Shown here piece by piece: positions 1 through 13,700 of a stretch of DNA of 64,000 nt. The stretch comes from Phoronis australis (Eukaryota > Animalia > Phoronida): assembly GCA_002633005.1 (NCBI GenBank), contig NMRA01000006.1, positions 976,427-1,040,426 on the forward strand, written 5' to 3'. Below the pieces are notes generated by a model. The model did no database searches and was not told where the DNA came from. It saw only the letters and a list, made by a program, of their open reading frames with translations. The position numbers and the translations under genes are program-made. Position 1 is the stretch's first letter; each line of letters opens with the position of its first letter.

Positions 1-230
1 CTGCCAATAACATGACTCAGTAGGGCACTTTCTCTGTGCCTGCCAAGACTGTAACTCAGTAATGTACATACAGAGGATTAACATGGTGGTACTGTACGCT
101 GCTAATGTACTATCAGTCCAGCAATTCAGTCAAGTGGGTTCCATTTTGTATACTCTATAAATCTAAGCTTTAATTCTGTAACATGGGTTTCTAATCGTGG
201 AGTAAAAGACTACTTAACCAAAAGCTCGTA

Positions 231-441
231 CATAGGCGGATTTAGGGGGGGGGGGGGGNNGGGGGGGGGGGCGCAAAAAAATAAAACAGCAAGAGCGTAG
301 GGAAATGATGAGTTTATTAATTAACCTCTAGCTCCCTACCTCCCCCCATTCGGTGCTATGCGCATCTACAATCGTGCTTGCAGCAAATGTTTACAGACAA
401 AATGTTGCCCCCCCCCTTGTGATATCCTATATCCGCCACTG
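231..441. mobile_element. Short GGCGGAT...ATCCGCCACTG MITE (hAT-like termini); relatives at ~30540-30848, ~36598-36799, ~42220-42341 and 54810-54961
   Basis: Termini CATAGGCGGAT / ATCCGCCACTG are inverted. The 3' half (ccccccattcggtgct...gatatcct.atccgccactg) recurs nearly verbatim at 42243-42341. No clean TSD found. Confidence 0.6.
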
Positions 442-1446
442 TTGTACTGTTCACTATCACTGCCATTTCCACGAACGTATATCTGACATAGGTATTTTCC
501 CACAACTCCCACCTTCAGTGAACAGAAATGTCGAAATGTTTATCACTGGAGAAGGTGCTGAAATGGACTTAACTTATCTATCTCGTGGTCTCACCAGATG
601 TCGCAAGATCAGCGAAGGTTTGCTGGATCTGGAAAATTATACGTAAAGTATTGGCATATCTTACTATTATTTACAGCGGGAAGTGCCACCAAACTGTGTT
701 TATGTTAAAACTGAACTTGGTAACGCCGATATATTCTACACACGAGCTGTCTTTCCACCAACGGTGAGTGCGTAATAAACCTTGCATAGCCAGCTGCCTT
801 TGGATAATAAAGAATATACATGTAACTTGCGATATAGTGAGACAAGTAAGTTTAGATATCCAGGTTTTTTTGGTGATTACATGACGCCTTAAACTAAACA
901 CCAGTTTTGAAAAAATCGTGGCTGAAGGTCAACTGACCCAAAAGGTCTCCAACTTATGAGTCAAGTTGGAGGACCAGTGGTTGAAATTAATGTTTTTTGT
1001 CTTTGGCAGCTTGGGTGGCATTTCCAACATGATCAGCAGATCTCAGAAAACTGGCATCATTGTTTTAGTCACTCACAAAAAATTATCAACTGGTCAACAT
1101 ACACAGTAGTTGTGCAACCATTTCCATACGCCCATTGCTCCCAGTTACAAAAGGTTATTAAACTCTGTAATGGTGATTTCAACACTCCACTGTAAACATC
1201 CCTGGAATGATAAGAGCCGGATTCAACATAAGCACAGTTCATATTAAAGCCGGTATCACCTGAATATTTGGTTCCTACAGCATGTTAAGAGCATCCCTCT
1301 GAGCCCACTAGTGCTATAAATTGTCAAATGTAACGAACTGCGCGTTTTGGCTTGCTTTTGTTTACGTCACCATAATACGTTCTCCATAATACCTGCAATC
1401 ACTCAAACAAGGGACATCTTGAATCTTACACAAGGAATAGGTTTAA

Positions 1447-2945
1447 AGGCGAAGGCAACCTTTTTCCATGTCATTTTGAGCTAAAATAAGGTTGGTTGGT
1501 TATCCTAGACATATTTTCCACTTAATTACAGCTTTTCGTAATTCTATTAATTACTCGTCCGCTACTGCGCAAGTGACTTTTTCGGAGGCAAGCGTTTCCC
1601 GCCACTTGGTTTTGCGTTGACTTTACCGTGCGAATCTGTTCTATTCTATTCTTGTTTTGTGCTGTTTTTCAACAATTGTCGCCACCACTTTCCATCGGCG
1701 AGTATTCTGCGGCAAGATAGGTTAGTAGAGAACTCAACCACGTTGGATTTAGGGAATGTTTAGTGTATTGTAAGCTGTAAATGGCTGGAGTCGGTGACCC
1801 GTATCACAGTGACAGTAGTGTGAGTGACGGAGACCTGGTTCACAGCAGTGGTGACGAGGAATTTTTTCACGGACATTCAATGGGTGGGTACATGTTTGAG
1901 CCCGAGTGTAACGAGGCAGAGTACGCACAGGCATAGGCAGCTGTTGAGAGAAACGAGGCGGCTACTGAGGACAGACGTGGTGACACATCTTGGTGCAAAT
2001 GCACTGTGTGCGTTGTTATGCCTACCTCAATNNNNNNNNNNNNNNNNNNNNNNNNNNNNNNNNNNNNNNNNNNNNNNNNNNNNNNNNNNNNNNNNNNNNN
2101 NNNNNNNNNNNNNNNNNNNNNNNNNNNNNNNNNNNNNNNNNNNNNNNNNNNNNNNNNNNNNNNNNNNNNNNNNNNNNNNNNNNNNNNNNNNNNNNNNNNN
2201 NNNNNNNNNNNNNNNNNNNNNNNNNNNNNNNNNNNNNNNNNNNNNNNNNNNNNNNNNNNNNNNNNNNNNNNNNNNNNNNNNNNNNNNNNNNNNNNNNNNN
2301 NNNNNNNNNNNNNNNNNNNNNNNNNNNNNNNNNNNNNNNNNNNNNNNNNNNNNNNNNNNNNNNNNNNNNNNNNNNNNNNNNNNNNNNNNNNNNNNNNNNN
2401 NNNNNNNNNNNNNNNNNNNNNNNNNNNNNNNNNNNNNNNNNNNNNNNNNNNNNNNNNNNNNNNNNNNNNNNNNNNNNNNNNNNNNNNNNNNNNNNNNNNN
2501 NNNNNNNNNNNNNNNNNNNNNNNNNNNNNNNNNNNNNNNNNNNNNNNNNNNNNNNNNNNNNNNNNNNNNNNNNNNNNNNNNNNNNNNNNNNNNNNNNNNN
2601 NNNNNNNNNNNNNNNNNNNNNNNNNNNNNNNNNNNNNNNNNNNNNNNNNNNNNNNNNNNNNNNNNNNNNNNGTGTGGCATGTTGACTGACTAGTAAATGA
2701 AAGCAAACGACGACGGAACTTAACACAACCGAGGTAGAACAATGACTGACTCGGCAGCTCTCACAGTCAGACTATATGAAAAGAAATTGGCGCGAAATGC
2801 TTGCCTCCTAAAACGTCACTTCCGCAGTAGCGGACGAGTAATTGATAAAATTACGAAAAGCTGTAATTAAGTGGAAAATATGTCTAGGATAACCAACCAA
2901 CATTATTTTAGCTCAAAATGACATGGAAAAAGGTTGCCTTTGCCT
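1447..2945. mobile_element. Non-autonomous Kolobok-type DNA transposon with ~165-bp TIRs and TTAA TSD (spans N gap)
   Basis: TTAA(1443-1446)|AGGCGAAGGCAACCTTTTTCCATGTCATTTTGAGC... and ...GCTCAAAATGACATGGAAAAAGGTTGCCTTTGCCT|TTAA(2946-2949). Arms 1447-~1612 and ~2789-2945 are near-perfect reverse complements. TTAA plus AGG termini fit Kolobok/T2. Confidence 0.85.
2032..2671. other. Assembly gap (640 N)
   Basis: Run of n characters. Confidence 1.
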
Positions 2946-4057
2946 TTAAGAAACAAAGCGGAGTGTGCCATACAAATTCATTTCTCTAGTATTTTTAAAA
3001 ATCCATCATTCTTACATGCATGCCAACTGAAGTTCCATGCCGAGCAGGATTAAAGGAAGACCTATACCCGCAAAGAGATGTCCACCAATGTCTGATCATT
3101 GTCACTTGTTGTTTGTTTAATAGCAGGTTCCTGTAAAAATATCAACCAATAAGGTAAATCCTAAACAAGCGGCCAATCCTACGAGCTGACGCTGTCGGCT
3201 ACGAAGCGCCAAAAGTTCCGGCTATTTTATACGATGCTTGATATGACGTTGACTTTTTCACGGATGTCGAACTATATTTTTCGAAAGTTCTATTGAGAGT
3301 CTGCATAAAATGTTAGTTTCATAAATGCATAACATGAAATTTTGATTTCATGAGTAAGAATGAAGTAGTAATAATACATTCTGTGCCAGAATGCTTGCGC
3401 AATAGTCACTCAAATACAGAAATAGTTCACGCATCCCTCTGCAAAATTCTACTATTTACAACAAGAAAAGGTTTAATTTTGTTTGGGTTTTTAATTATAT
3501 TCTATAGTGAGGAAAATTCGTACTCACTCATAAAGTCGTCCACACTTACGACCTACCTCACTACCCAGGTGGACAGTGCTTCTAACGAAAGTATACTTCG
3601 TTTTTAATTCTAGTAACTCATAACGTCTTATCGTTGGCAGGTCCTTAATTAACGAACATATCTACACGTATCTGCTAACATTCAAGACCTAACTGTAAAA
3701 GAAAAGAAATAACAGTATTGTAATAGTATTGTGGTTTGTACTGGAACTACACTTACCTTAGGACCTTTATGGCACAATTAGTTAGAATGGTTTATTATAC
3801 TGTATAAGTCTTGGCAAACAGTTCTATGAAATGTGACTCATATGCATGTGGTCTTGTGTATTGCAAAAACATGTTGTTGTACAGTAGTTAGTCAGTCCGC
3901 AATAAAGCAATGTTCAAGTAAAGACGTCTTCTTCACTCCTCTCACCGCAAGATATTACAAGTATCAGTCATTACATCTGTTCCTCTGATACAATGCTAAA
4001 AGCACTCCTATAGGACACTCACATTGAACTCGTCAAGGTTGGGCATAATTGTGTTTG

Positions 4058-4160
4058 ATTATCATAACAACTTCGTTCTTACTCAAATTGTTTAGGTCAT
4101 GCTTTACAAGCATTTATGAAATTAACAATTTCATTTCGTAATAACGGAAGTAGTCATAAA
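4058..4160. repeat. DIRS internal complementary region (ICR)
   Basis: First half (ttcgttcttactc...gcatttatgaaattaac) is the reverse complement of 3311-3375. Second half (aatttcatttcgtaataacggaag) is the reverse complement of 8045-8076. The halves abut, as in a circle-junction template. Confidence 0.75.
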
Positions 4161-4239
4161 ACTGCATGTTTAAAGCTACATTGTTAGCATTTTATTTTGC
4201 TAACTCTGGTTCTCCGTGCCTGGGACCTCAGTCTGAGCT

Positions 4240-5040
4240 TGAAGGTTTCTTGTAAAACTTGTTGAAAGTGTTAGCATTGGCCCAATTGACACAAGCTATT
4301 ATCTGCCGTGCAGAGACCCCTGGCGTTTGAAACTGAAGTATCTGGTGTTGAATGTGCTTTGAAAACTGAAGTATCAATTCTGGTTGCAGCCTTAATTTCT
4401 TTGAGCCGTCATGCTATAGAACAAGCTATCACAGCCTTGTGAGGTCTGATGTAACTCAGAAATAGGTGGTTCATTTGATCTCGAGTCACTCTCAAATTGG
4501 CTTTTCTACTCAACTATGATAAAACCGCAAATAGCTTCTCGTTACCGTTAAAGATTGTAATGAAAAATTTAAGAAAGGACTGTTAGGTTCTTTGCTTTTA
4601 GTCATCCCCACAATGGGGATGTCAATCGTGTCCCCAAATTCAGTTATTAACGTGAGGTTGATTTTGTGCAACCCCGAGCCTCTGGCGATTGTAGTCAACG
4701 CTAACAGCATTGCCACTTTCCGGGACAATTCTTTCAGTGACAATTCCACATTGTCTGCCAACGATGCTATGTATAGCAGGACGTCTTTCACATTCCAAGT
4801 GGTGGTGTATCTTGCCCTAGGGGGAGGAGTTGTTAAGCATTGCTCGTAAGAGGCCTTTAATGACCGGGTGTTGGCCTAATGGGGTCCCTTCAATTGGCGG
4901 TCGGTATGCCGACAAGGATGAACTGCAGTTATTCAAAGTAGCATACTCGAGTCCTTTGTGGAACTGGGCTACAAGAAAGTCTGCTATGTTTGCTAAACTG
5001 GCTTGTAAGGGATCAACCGCCCTTTTAGGACAGGGGCCTG
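4240..5040 (-). pseudogene. DIRS tyrosine recombinase, frameshifted
   Basis: ORF 4510-4791 LSLKELSRKVAMLLALTTIARGSGLH resembles the DIRS LALxxxxRxSEL motif. FKAHST-like motif near 4345-4365 and a W.NA.TF.KFY-like tail near 4250-4285. Confidence 0.8.
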
Positions 5041-5149
5041 CGTATACTTTCCGGTTGCAACGTCTTCTGAAAACTCCTTTGTTGGCTGATGAGGCCTGAG
5101 ACTGTCCAAGCTGCAGGATTTAGACTGTTGGCCATGATTAGCGGATGTG

Positions 5150-6660
5150 TGTCCTCCTTGGGGGGACGTCAGTAATAGTGTAACAGGTGGCAACAGAATC
5201 GGCAAATCGATGCTCATGCTTATGGTTGACCTGGCCACACCGGAGAGACTAGTGTCAACGAGGCCTCCTGTTTCCGCACTTCGGCTTATGAGGCAAAACG
5301 ACGGGAAAGCATAATGTGCGTTCATACTGTTGCAGTTCAATGTAAAGGCATCAGTCGTTATTGTTAGTGGTTCCAGCTTCCAACTGACAAACTTCGTCCT
5401 TTGAGATGTCAATCCACCAGAGAAGAGTTCCATTGCAAATGGGTCACGCATTTTGTCTAGCTGCCTGAATACCTCTCGGCCAAACATCCAGTTGCTCTTG
5501 TCCGTGAACACTCTAGATTTGTTAACCGCTATGACGTTCTGCACCCCGGTTGGTGCTTGGTAGTAATTGTGTTCCTGCGTGTCACTTGAAGCAAAGTTCG
5601 GGATCGCGTACCTCCCGTTTCGTTTATATGTGTCACTGGGTGAACATGACACTTTGTTCATTCTCCGACAAAGCACTGAATGGCAAAGAAGATTGCTTTG
5701 AATCCTAGCACATTGATGTGTTCCAAGGCTTCCGAGATTTCTGCATTTGTAGCTGCCGATAATGCAAGGGTGCTGTTTGTATACTGCAAGAGTGGATGCA
5801 CTGAGCTGTCCTGTGAGCTGTGACAGCTCCCTGACAGTAACCGTTGTTTGCTGCAGTATTTGTTTTCGTTTGTTTTTTAAATTTCCCTTCTGGCAAGGAC
5901 ATGTCCATTTTCTGAGAATCCACAACGAAACCCAGGTACTCTACTGTCTGGCTGTCTGACAGTTGCGATTTCTCCCAATTTAGAACGAACCATGTCCTCT
6001 GGAGAAGCCAGAGCCGAGTTCCTGTCGGTTTCTAAGTCTTCCCTCGATTGGTTTAGTATTATAATGTCGTCGAGATAGATCAACAGCCCCACACCCACTC
6101 GTCACAAGAATGCCACGTCTGGCTTCAGGAGCTTTGTGAACACTCAAGGGGCTGAGCTCTGTCCCAAACGGCAAACCTGAAACTCGTACAGTGATAGGTT
6201 CCAAGCAAATTGCAGATAACGACGGTGTTGCTGTGCTATTTGGACCCAAAATAAGCGTCTTTTAGATCTAAGGTACACATCCAATCGCCTGGTTGAATCA
6301 GTGATACCGGTGTTGTCATGCCTTCCATTTTGAGGGGTTCGTAAGTTAAAAGCCTGTTTAGTGGTCGCAGGTTGAACACTGGTGGAAGAGTGACATTCGT
6401 TTTCTCCCTTAGAGAAATGTGATCGACACTGGGTGTTATCGAAGCGATTGCGCCTTTATTTAGGAGGTCTTGCACTTCCTCTGTGAGAAGCATTCTCTCC
6501 GTTAATGAGAATGTGGAGCAGACACCTTTCCCCTGAATTGGTCGTTCGAAAAGATCGAGCGCAAAACCCTGAACTGCCTGTAGCACCCAGGTGTCGTTTG
6601 TTAGCTTGCGCCAATTGTGTAGAAATTGGTTGATTTGTCCGCCCAGCGGCGTTTTGTTTG
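5150..6660 (-). pseudogene. DIRS reverse transcriptase / RNase H / N6-adenine methyltransferase-like ORF, frameshifted
   Basis: LGGQINQFLHNWRKLT...LLNKGAI...VFNLRPLN...WMCTLDLKDAYF (6236-6739), LPFG (~6170), IYLDD (~6070), then ELFS...FVSW...DAFTLN...YAFPSF (5290-5445) resembling the DIRS methyltransferase DLFA...YAFPP motifs. Confidence 0.9.
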
Positions 6661-9137
6661 CTGAGGGAACAAGGACAAACATGCCCAGGTGCGAATCCGA
6701 GTGTGTGAGTACGTCTAGTGGGACGTCCTGGCTTGACACTTATAGTGACCGGTGTGCAACCTGCACGTCTGCAATGGATAGTTGTAATGGCACTATTGGC
6801 CTTGACTCGTTCAAAGCGACGCGGCCGGGAGCTTTTCCTCCTGGTCTGCGAGGGTTGGGGGTAGTGGTTGACGCCCCCCCCCCCCTTCTCCTGGCGTGAA
6901 GATGGGCCCCTTGGAAAGGGCTGTGACTGGAAAAAACCACCCATTGGTCTTTGTTGTCTGTTCCCGAGGTACGTTTTGATACCTCGGGCTCTACTTCCGA
7001 CCCGTGACCTTCTTGTGTAGTGCCTTGTAGAACCTTCGACCAAACACTGTTGATGACCTGTTAATGGCCTTGGCTACTACCATGTCGCCTGCCTCCAAGC
7101 TGTCTCGCAGCACTCGGAACAGGACGTTCACTCGTCTTTTATACGAGATGGCAGTATTGGTCTGGCCATTAAACATCACGGTCTGTTCCGCCAAGAAGAA
7201 GTCCCTGCGAGTCAATTTTCACTCCCCTCACTTTTCCGCCAAAGGGTGCCGAGCGGGCCCTTGTTATTCAGCACACACTGCTGCACATGTTTATTGCTGC
7301 TGTCCGCAACGGCTAATGGCTTTTGGGCCGGCGGTGGCACTCAATCTAGCACATCCCCATTAAGGGCCGGTCTTCACAGCAAGCTCTGGTTATGTCCGAC
7401 AGGGCGTGTGATCGAATATGGATTCTTTCAGAGCTGTACTGAGCAAATGATCAAAAAAGTGGTTGGCAACGAATGCTGCCAGGTCTTTCGACAGTGACCA
7501 TTGCACCAATTTGACTGTAGCTAAAAGGTCAAATCTAGCCACTTTGTGTGTGGGTAATATTAGTCAGCCTCCGAGTCGGATAACTCGTGACAAGAGGCTG
7601 TGCTACTAGTGGCTCATGGGCGCTGCCCTTCTCGACGGCAATCAGCTTCAACAGACCCAATGTCGCAGTCTGACTACATACGTACAATGTCATCTGGGTC
7701 TGACCCTTATCATACACGGACATTGAAGGGGAGTCATTGCAAGCAGATACATTGCCGTGTGAAAATAGCCCGCCCGTAGGCGGATTGGTAGACCGCCGTC
7801 TGCCGATACACCGCCATGAATACACCGTTAACAGCGCCAAAACACTTGTGTTCGCTTTTCGAGCTTCTATAATTACAGTAAAGGTAACCCGCAAAGGTGG
7901 ATGGATGAATTTAGAATAGGAATTTTACGATTTCGATTCGACACTGTATGTATACGTCTGCTTATCAAATAGTTGAATTGCAGAAGGATGTGTGCGCAAT
8001 TTCCGTCTTTAGTGCGCAAGCATTCTGACGCAGAATGCACTTATTATAAATGCTTCCATTCTTACGAAATGAGATTACTATACTCGTCACCATTGGCAAG
8101 TTCACGTTTATGTATTAAATGCACTGGGCTATTTTTTATGGTGTTGACTGGTTTGGCTGTGGTAATAAATTTCTTTCCCTTCACGTAATGGTATCACAAC
8201 CATTCCTTTGCCGCCATCACCGTTTCGGTCATTACCTGCTCGGCCACTAATATGGGTTGTTGTTCACAATTTGTGAACAATCTGCTGTTTTTCGAATAAC
8301 CTGTCGATAACATGTACAGTACCTTAATTACACGTATTTCGAAGCCATTGGCCCACAGTACAACAAATATGCGAAAACACATCCATAGAGGTTTCGCAAA
8401 GCGACGTGAATGTGAATTATGACGAACAAATCATTCTTGTTCGATGATATCGAGAGAGAATGGAAAAAGGGAGCCACAGGTTTCGCGTTTTGAAGCGACG
8501 CAAATCCCCATGTATTCACGTAAAATGCTCAAACGGGATTACGGCACAGCTAACAATGGCATGTGTTACCCTGTATTAGAAATGCGTGATAATTGACCTT
8601 CACGTCGCTTTAAGCTCTATAATGTCCCAAGAAATGAGTAAAAAGTTACGCAATCAGTTACATCTCCATCTGTTGCTCGGTTACTAAGATATCATTGACC
8701 CTGAGCTACATAGTGCGTATTACAACAAACTTTTGATGTAGAGAGTGATACGAATCAAAGTAAATATATTGATGTGCGTCATGATTTTTGGAGTAGATTT
8801 GTACTTTTAAATGACTGTTGTAAATGAATAAATATGAGTTATTGATCACCGCCTTAATTCACTACACAACACATCTTCCATGCCACATGGCGGGAAACTC
8901 ATCTCAGTCACATGCCATCAAAAATAATTTAAGGCAGTTTTGCCTAATTTCTCATGTAAGTCTAGCTTTCTATTGAAGCTGCTTACTGTCTTATGGAATA
9001 TAATGTACTACAGTGACGTCCTTACAACGTGCTTCAAATTTCTGACTCTTTAGGTAGCACCACCCAGGTACATAACAATAGAGGAAAATATGGGAAACGT
9101 GACCTTCCCTCCTCGGGATCCAGGAGTAAGTATGGTC

Positions 9138-9450
9138 AAAGGCGAAGGCAACCTTTTTTCATGTCATTTTTAATAAAAATACGGTTCGTTGATTAACCCA
9201 GACATATTTTAGTTAATTACGACTTTTCGTCATTTAATTAGTTAGTCGTACCCTACTCCGGAAGTGATGTTTAGGGGTTAAGAATTTCCCGGCATTTTGT
9301 TTCCGCGTTTGAGTTTACTTTGAGGATCTGTTCTACTGCTGTGTTGGTACTGGTTTCCTCAATTACGTTGGATTTAGGGATGGTTTAGTTTGTGGTAACC
9401 TGAAAATGGCTGGTGTCGGAGACTCATTTCACAGTGATGTGAGTCTGTGA
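9138..9450 (+). mobile_element. Truncated left arm of the 1447-2945 Kolobok-type family
   Basis: AAAGGCGAAGGCAACCTTTTTTCATGTCATTTT...CAGACATATTTT...GTTGGATTTAGGGA...AAATGGCTGG.GTCGG aligns with 1445-1820 but is more diverged. Confidence 0.75.
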
Positions 9451-10799
9451 CGGCCTGTTCACTGGTGACGAACTGTTCTCTTCAGTGGGTGTCCAACTGG
9501 GCTTGTATACACTCCCACTACTCAACATCGCTGCAGGGCTGCTTACAGGTTCTAAGCTGGAGAACCCACCAGCAAGGGCTAGTTCCCGGAATTGCACTCC
9601 CTGGGGGTAACTACGGAGACACGGGTGACAGTAGATAAAGAGGCTCCAGTCACTGTAGTGGCTACATATCGCTAGTAAATGAGTTATAAAAAGTGGCAGA
9701 AAATAAAAGTTCAGGCACTTCATAGTTGATTGCTTAGTATAACTCAAGTACTGATGACGTTTGACAATTTTTGTAAACGGTAACCTAAAAAATGAGAATA
9801 AGTTAAGACACTTTCACGTGATAAAATTTATTTTAGAGAATTAAGGATGACGTGTGTGCTAATAATCCCGCACACTTTCATTTGCCTCATTTATATTTTC
9901 AGCGACGAGATGACAATCATGAACCTCAGTAATTTTAACCTACGCAGTAAGTAGTTCAGTACTGGAGGAACAGCGAGCCATTAAGTAAAGAAATAGATAT
10001 GGTGCAAAATGAACGTACATGGGTAGTTTTAAGATTGGCGAGTGCCAATAAACTATGAAGGGTTTTCTTGAGTTGCCGATAGTTTCTACGCTCTTTTTGG
10101 TCACGGAAATAGAATCTTATCGTAGCAAGGGATCAGTTTTAAGAGAATAATTTCCTTGTTTTAGCCAGCCAAACGAGATAAATTTAGGATTATACAAATT
10201 GACTCCAAGTGAAATTTCCGGAACGCCAGATAGTGTGGAAGTTGCCTGGTAGTACTTATTTACATCGCATATGACAAGTTTCGTCTGCAGTTATCGATAA
10301 CGGACTTATACAACAATTAATAGGACTGAACTCCAGATTGCGTGATATACGCAGCGAGAAAGTGCATAAGAGGTGACACTAAGCGCACTAAGCGATCACA
10401 TGAAATTTGTTGCGTGTGAAGTTTTAAAAATATGAGTCTCATCCTGGCCTTGCCACAGTGAACCTACCGCACATTAACTAAGGACCTGTTGGGAGGCTGA
10501 TAACTTAAATCAAAATAATTAGGATTCTTACTCTCATGAAATCAGCCTCACAATCATCGAAAAACCTATTTTTACTCTGTACCTGCATGCACTCACATCA
10601 ATAGCATACACTGAAGCAACGGTGAACAATGTTTAAAACGTTGTAATTTGCCAAGCGGTGCATAATTTCCTATGAACAGTGCACCGGCAAGTTCCTTAAA
10701 AGTTCACAGAGTTTGGTTTAGTAACTCAAATAGGGTTTCGTGGAACTTTGCGAATGGCCTATTTTTTCCGTACGTGGCATAGATTCGCTAAGTCGGAGA

Positions 10800-13700
10800 G
10801 CAGCGTCTAAGTCAAGGTTTGATTGGTAACGGCGCCGTTTTGGGATTCCCCAAGAAGCATACCGTTGTGGTGTACTCGTGGCTGCGATTCAACGCTTTGC
10901 GTTGCTCTTGTTATCGTGCTCGGATAATTTGCAATTGTATAATTTACGCGCGCATTCAATCCACAGTCTACATATCTGCCAATCCGTGCGTATAGAGCAC
11001 ACGTATGGAGTGGACGGTCCATAGACAAGTGCAACACGAAACAAAAGGAGGCATCTGTATGCAGTATTTAGAGGTACAATGCATTCCAATATATATCAAT
11101 TCTGATAACGTCACCTAGTTTATATCAACTAAACCGACTGAATCTATGTTTCTGTCAAAGGGAGCATGCACAGAATCGATGACATCAGGAGAGATGTGTC
11201 ATACATTGTGCCCGCGTGGAAACAAACATCGAGTGCGAGAGAATCCCGAGAAGAATAAATGCTGTCAAAGTCTACGCCCGGACGACTGCATTTCGCATTG
11301 CCCAGCTCGAGACAGGGGATTTGCATACGTTTCTATTGATGAAAGAATGACACTCGTGAGTTATGGATGAGACCCCGCTACACTTGCTTAATAAAAGTTA
11401 GCCAAGTAATGCGAGTGTATTACAGTTATACGAGCGTATTACAGTCTTGCAATATTTTACAAGTATTATCTCTGTACCTATCACATATAAGTAACTGTGT
11501 AAATGTTCTTACAGGCTTTGCAGCGCCTAAGTTAAGTTATGATTGGTAACACCAAATTACTGAGAAAATTTACCAGGCAATCATGCATCCGTTTTCGATG
11601 TCGAGGCTCAAAAATATTACCGAACATAAAATTTGTTCTTGAAAATAAATATCAGGATTGACTTTTATTTTCTATATAAGTAGCAATGCATTCCACATGA
11701 TTATCTGTAACACACACTTGCAGCCATCTCTGAGACATGTGCACAAACGCAAGTTAGGTTAAACATCATAGAAATAAGCTATTCTTAAATACTTTAAACT
11801 ATTCACTTCACTTCTCTACAATGGTGTGTGTGAACTTGGAGTTCTGCTTAAATTCAATATGACGTATGAGTGAACATAGGATTATATGTTCATTTAAGTA
11901 ATAAGGCGAAAGTTTTTACTCTTTTAAAAAATTTTGTCTTATGTTTATACTATTATCGCCCAATTTCCGGAACCTGTGTCTCAGAATCGTAGGAATATGC
12001 AAATGGTTAATAAAGTATTGTTTGGAAAGATCCCCAATAGCTGAAAAACAATATAGTTGTCTAAAGTTCACGTTTTTGTAAAAATGTGATTTGTTTAGTA
12101 CAGTGCAATGTTTAAAGGTGAAGGTGCCATTATTGGGTTGAGTTACGTAACTGTTACAAGTTGACGCAAAAAGGATCTTGAGATTAAAAATTCCAGCTTA
12201 AGCACATGACGACTTGCAAGTGCACACAGTTTCAGGGTAGCTAAGTAGTTGAACTATAATTCGACAAAAGATTTGCGTTATTGTCAAGTCGACAGTTCCA
12301 TGGCGGTCTCGTAGAACGACGCGATGTTAGCACAGAAATCCTATTCGTAAAACCCAATTATGAGAAGAAACAGAATATCTTTAGCCAAATGATGGATTGT
12401 GTATCCCTTTCCGTGTTTGTTGTCTGCAATGGGGATAAAAAGAGAAGGTTTCGATCACTAGCAAGAGGGTTGCTAGCCCTACCTGCAGGTCCCAAGTGAA
12501 TGCTGGTAAAAACATTCCCGAATCAGTTGATGGATTTTCTTATTTATTTTGAAAATGGCACCAATTTCAAAAAAAAACAGAACAGAGCCACCCATGCGTT
12601 TTTCATCACGATGCACGTTGCTTTTATCATGATATTCGATAAGCAAGTTTATGTTAACACAGTTTTTTGAAATATTCACTGCCATTTTTGTGATTCTACT
12701 TAACACCCAAAGAAGCATACCGTTGTGGTGCTCTCGTAGCTGCGATTCAACGCTTTGCGTTGCTCTTGTTATCGTACTCGGTTATTTTGCAACTGCATAA
12801 TTTACGCGCGCATTCAATCCAGAGTCTACATATCTGCCAATCCGTGCATATAGAGCACACGTATGGAGTGGACGGTCCATAGACACTTGCAACACGAAAC
12901 ATAACGAGGCATCTGTATGAAGTCTTTAGAGATTCGTTGCACTCCATTATACATTTATTCTAGGAACGTTACCAGGTGTATATCAACTAAACCGACTGAA
13001 CCTATGTTTCTGTCAAAGGGAACATGCACAGATTCGATGACTTCAGGCAAGAGATGTGGTATACATTGTCCCTCGCATGGCAACAAACATCGAGCGCCAA
13101 AGTATCCCGAGGAGAATACAAGCTGTCAAAGTCTACGCCCTAACGACGCCATTTCGCATTGCCCAGCTCGAGACAGCGGACTTGTATACGTTCATATTGT
13201 TGAAAGGATAACACCCATGAGTTATGGATGAGCCCCACACATACTTGCTTAATAAAGGTTAGCGAAGTAATACGAGTGTATTACAGTAATAGGAGCCACT
13301 TATACGTTTTTCTTCACGATTCGCGTTGCTTTTATCATGATATTCGATAAGTATTTTTATGTTAGTATCGTTTTTTGAAATATTCAGTGCCCTTTTTGTG
13401 ATCCCACTTAAACCCCAGGAAGCATACCGTTGTGGTGCACTCGGGGCTGCGATTCAACGCCCTACGTTGCTTTTATTATCGTACTCGGCTTTTTTGCAAT
13501 TGTGTCATTTACGCGTGTTTTGAATCCACAGTCTACGTATCCGCCTATCCGTGCGTGTAGAACATACGTGTGGAGTGGATGGTCCATAGACAAGTGCAAC
13601 ACGAAACAAAAGAAGGCTTTTGTATGCAGAATTTAGAGGTTCGTTGCATTTCATTATACATTAATTGTGATAACGTCAACTAGTTTATAACAACTAAACC

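Larger units (their letters stand above)
3310..8077 (-). mobile_element. Full-length degenerate DIRS1-type tyrosine-recombinase retrotransposon
   Basis: Minus-strand order gag-like, RT, RNase H region, adenine methyltransferase-like, tyrosine recombinase. Inverted termini ~3340-3402 vs ~8012-8077 (GTAAGAATG...CATTCTG.G.CAGAATGCTTGCGCA). Internal complementary region at ~4058-4160. Confidence 0.9.

Noticed and set aside
480-1200. Possible exon or transposase fragments
   Set aside because: No recognisable motif or consistent reading frame.
1824-2742. Long ORFs of 217-291 aa
   Set aside because: They are open only because they cross the 640-N gap.
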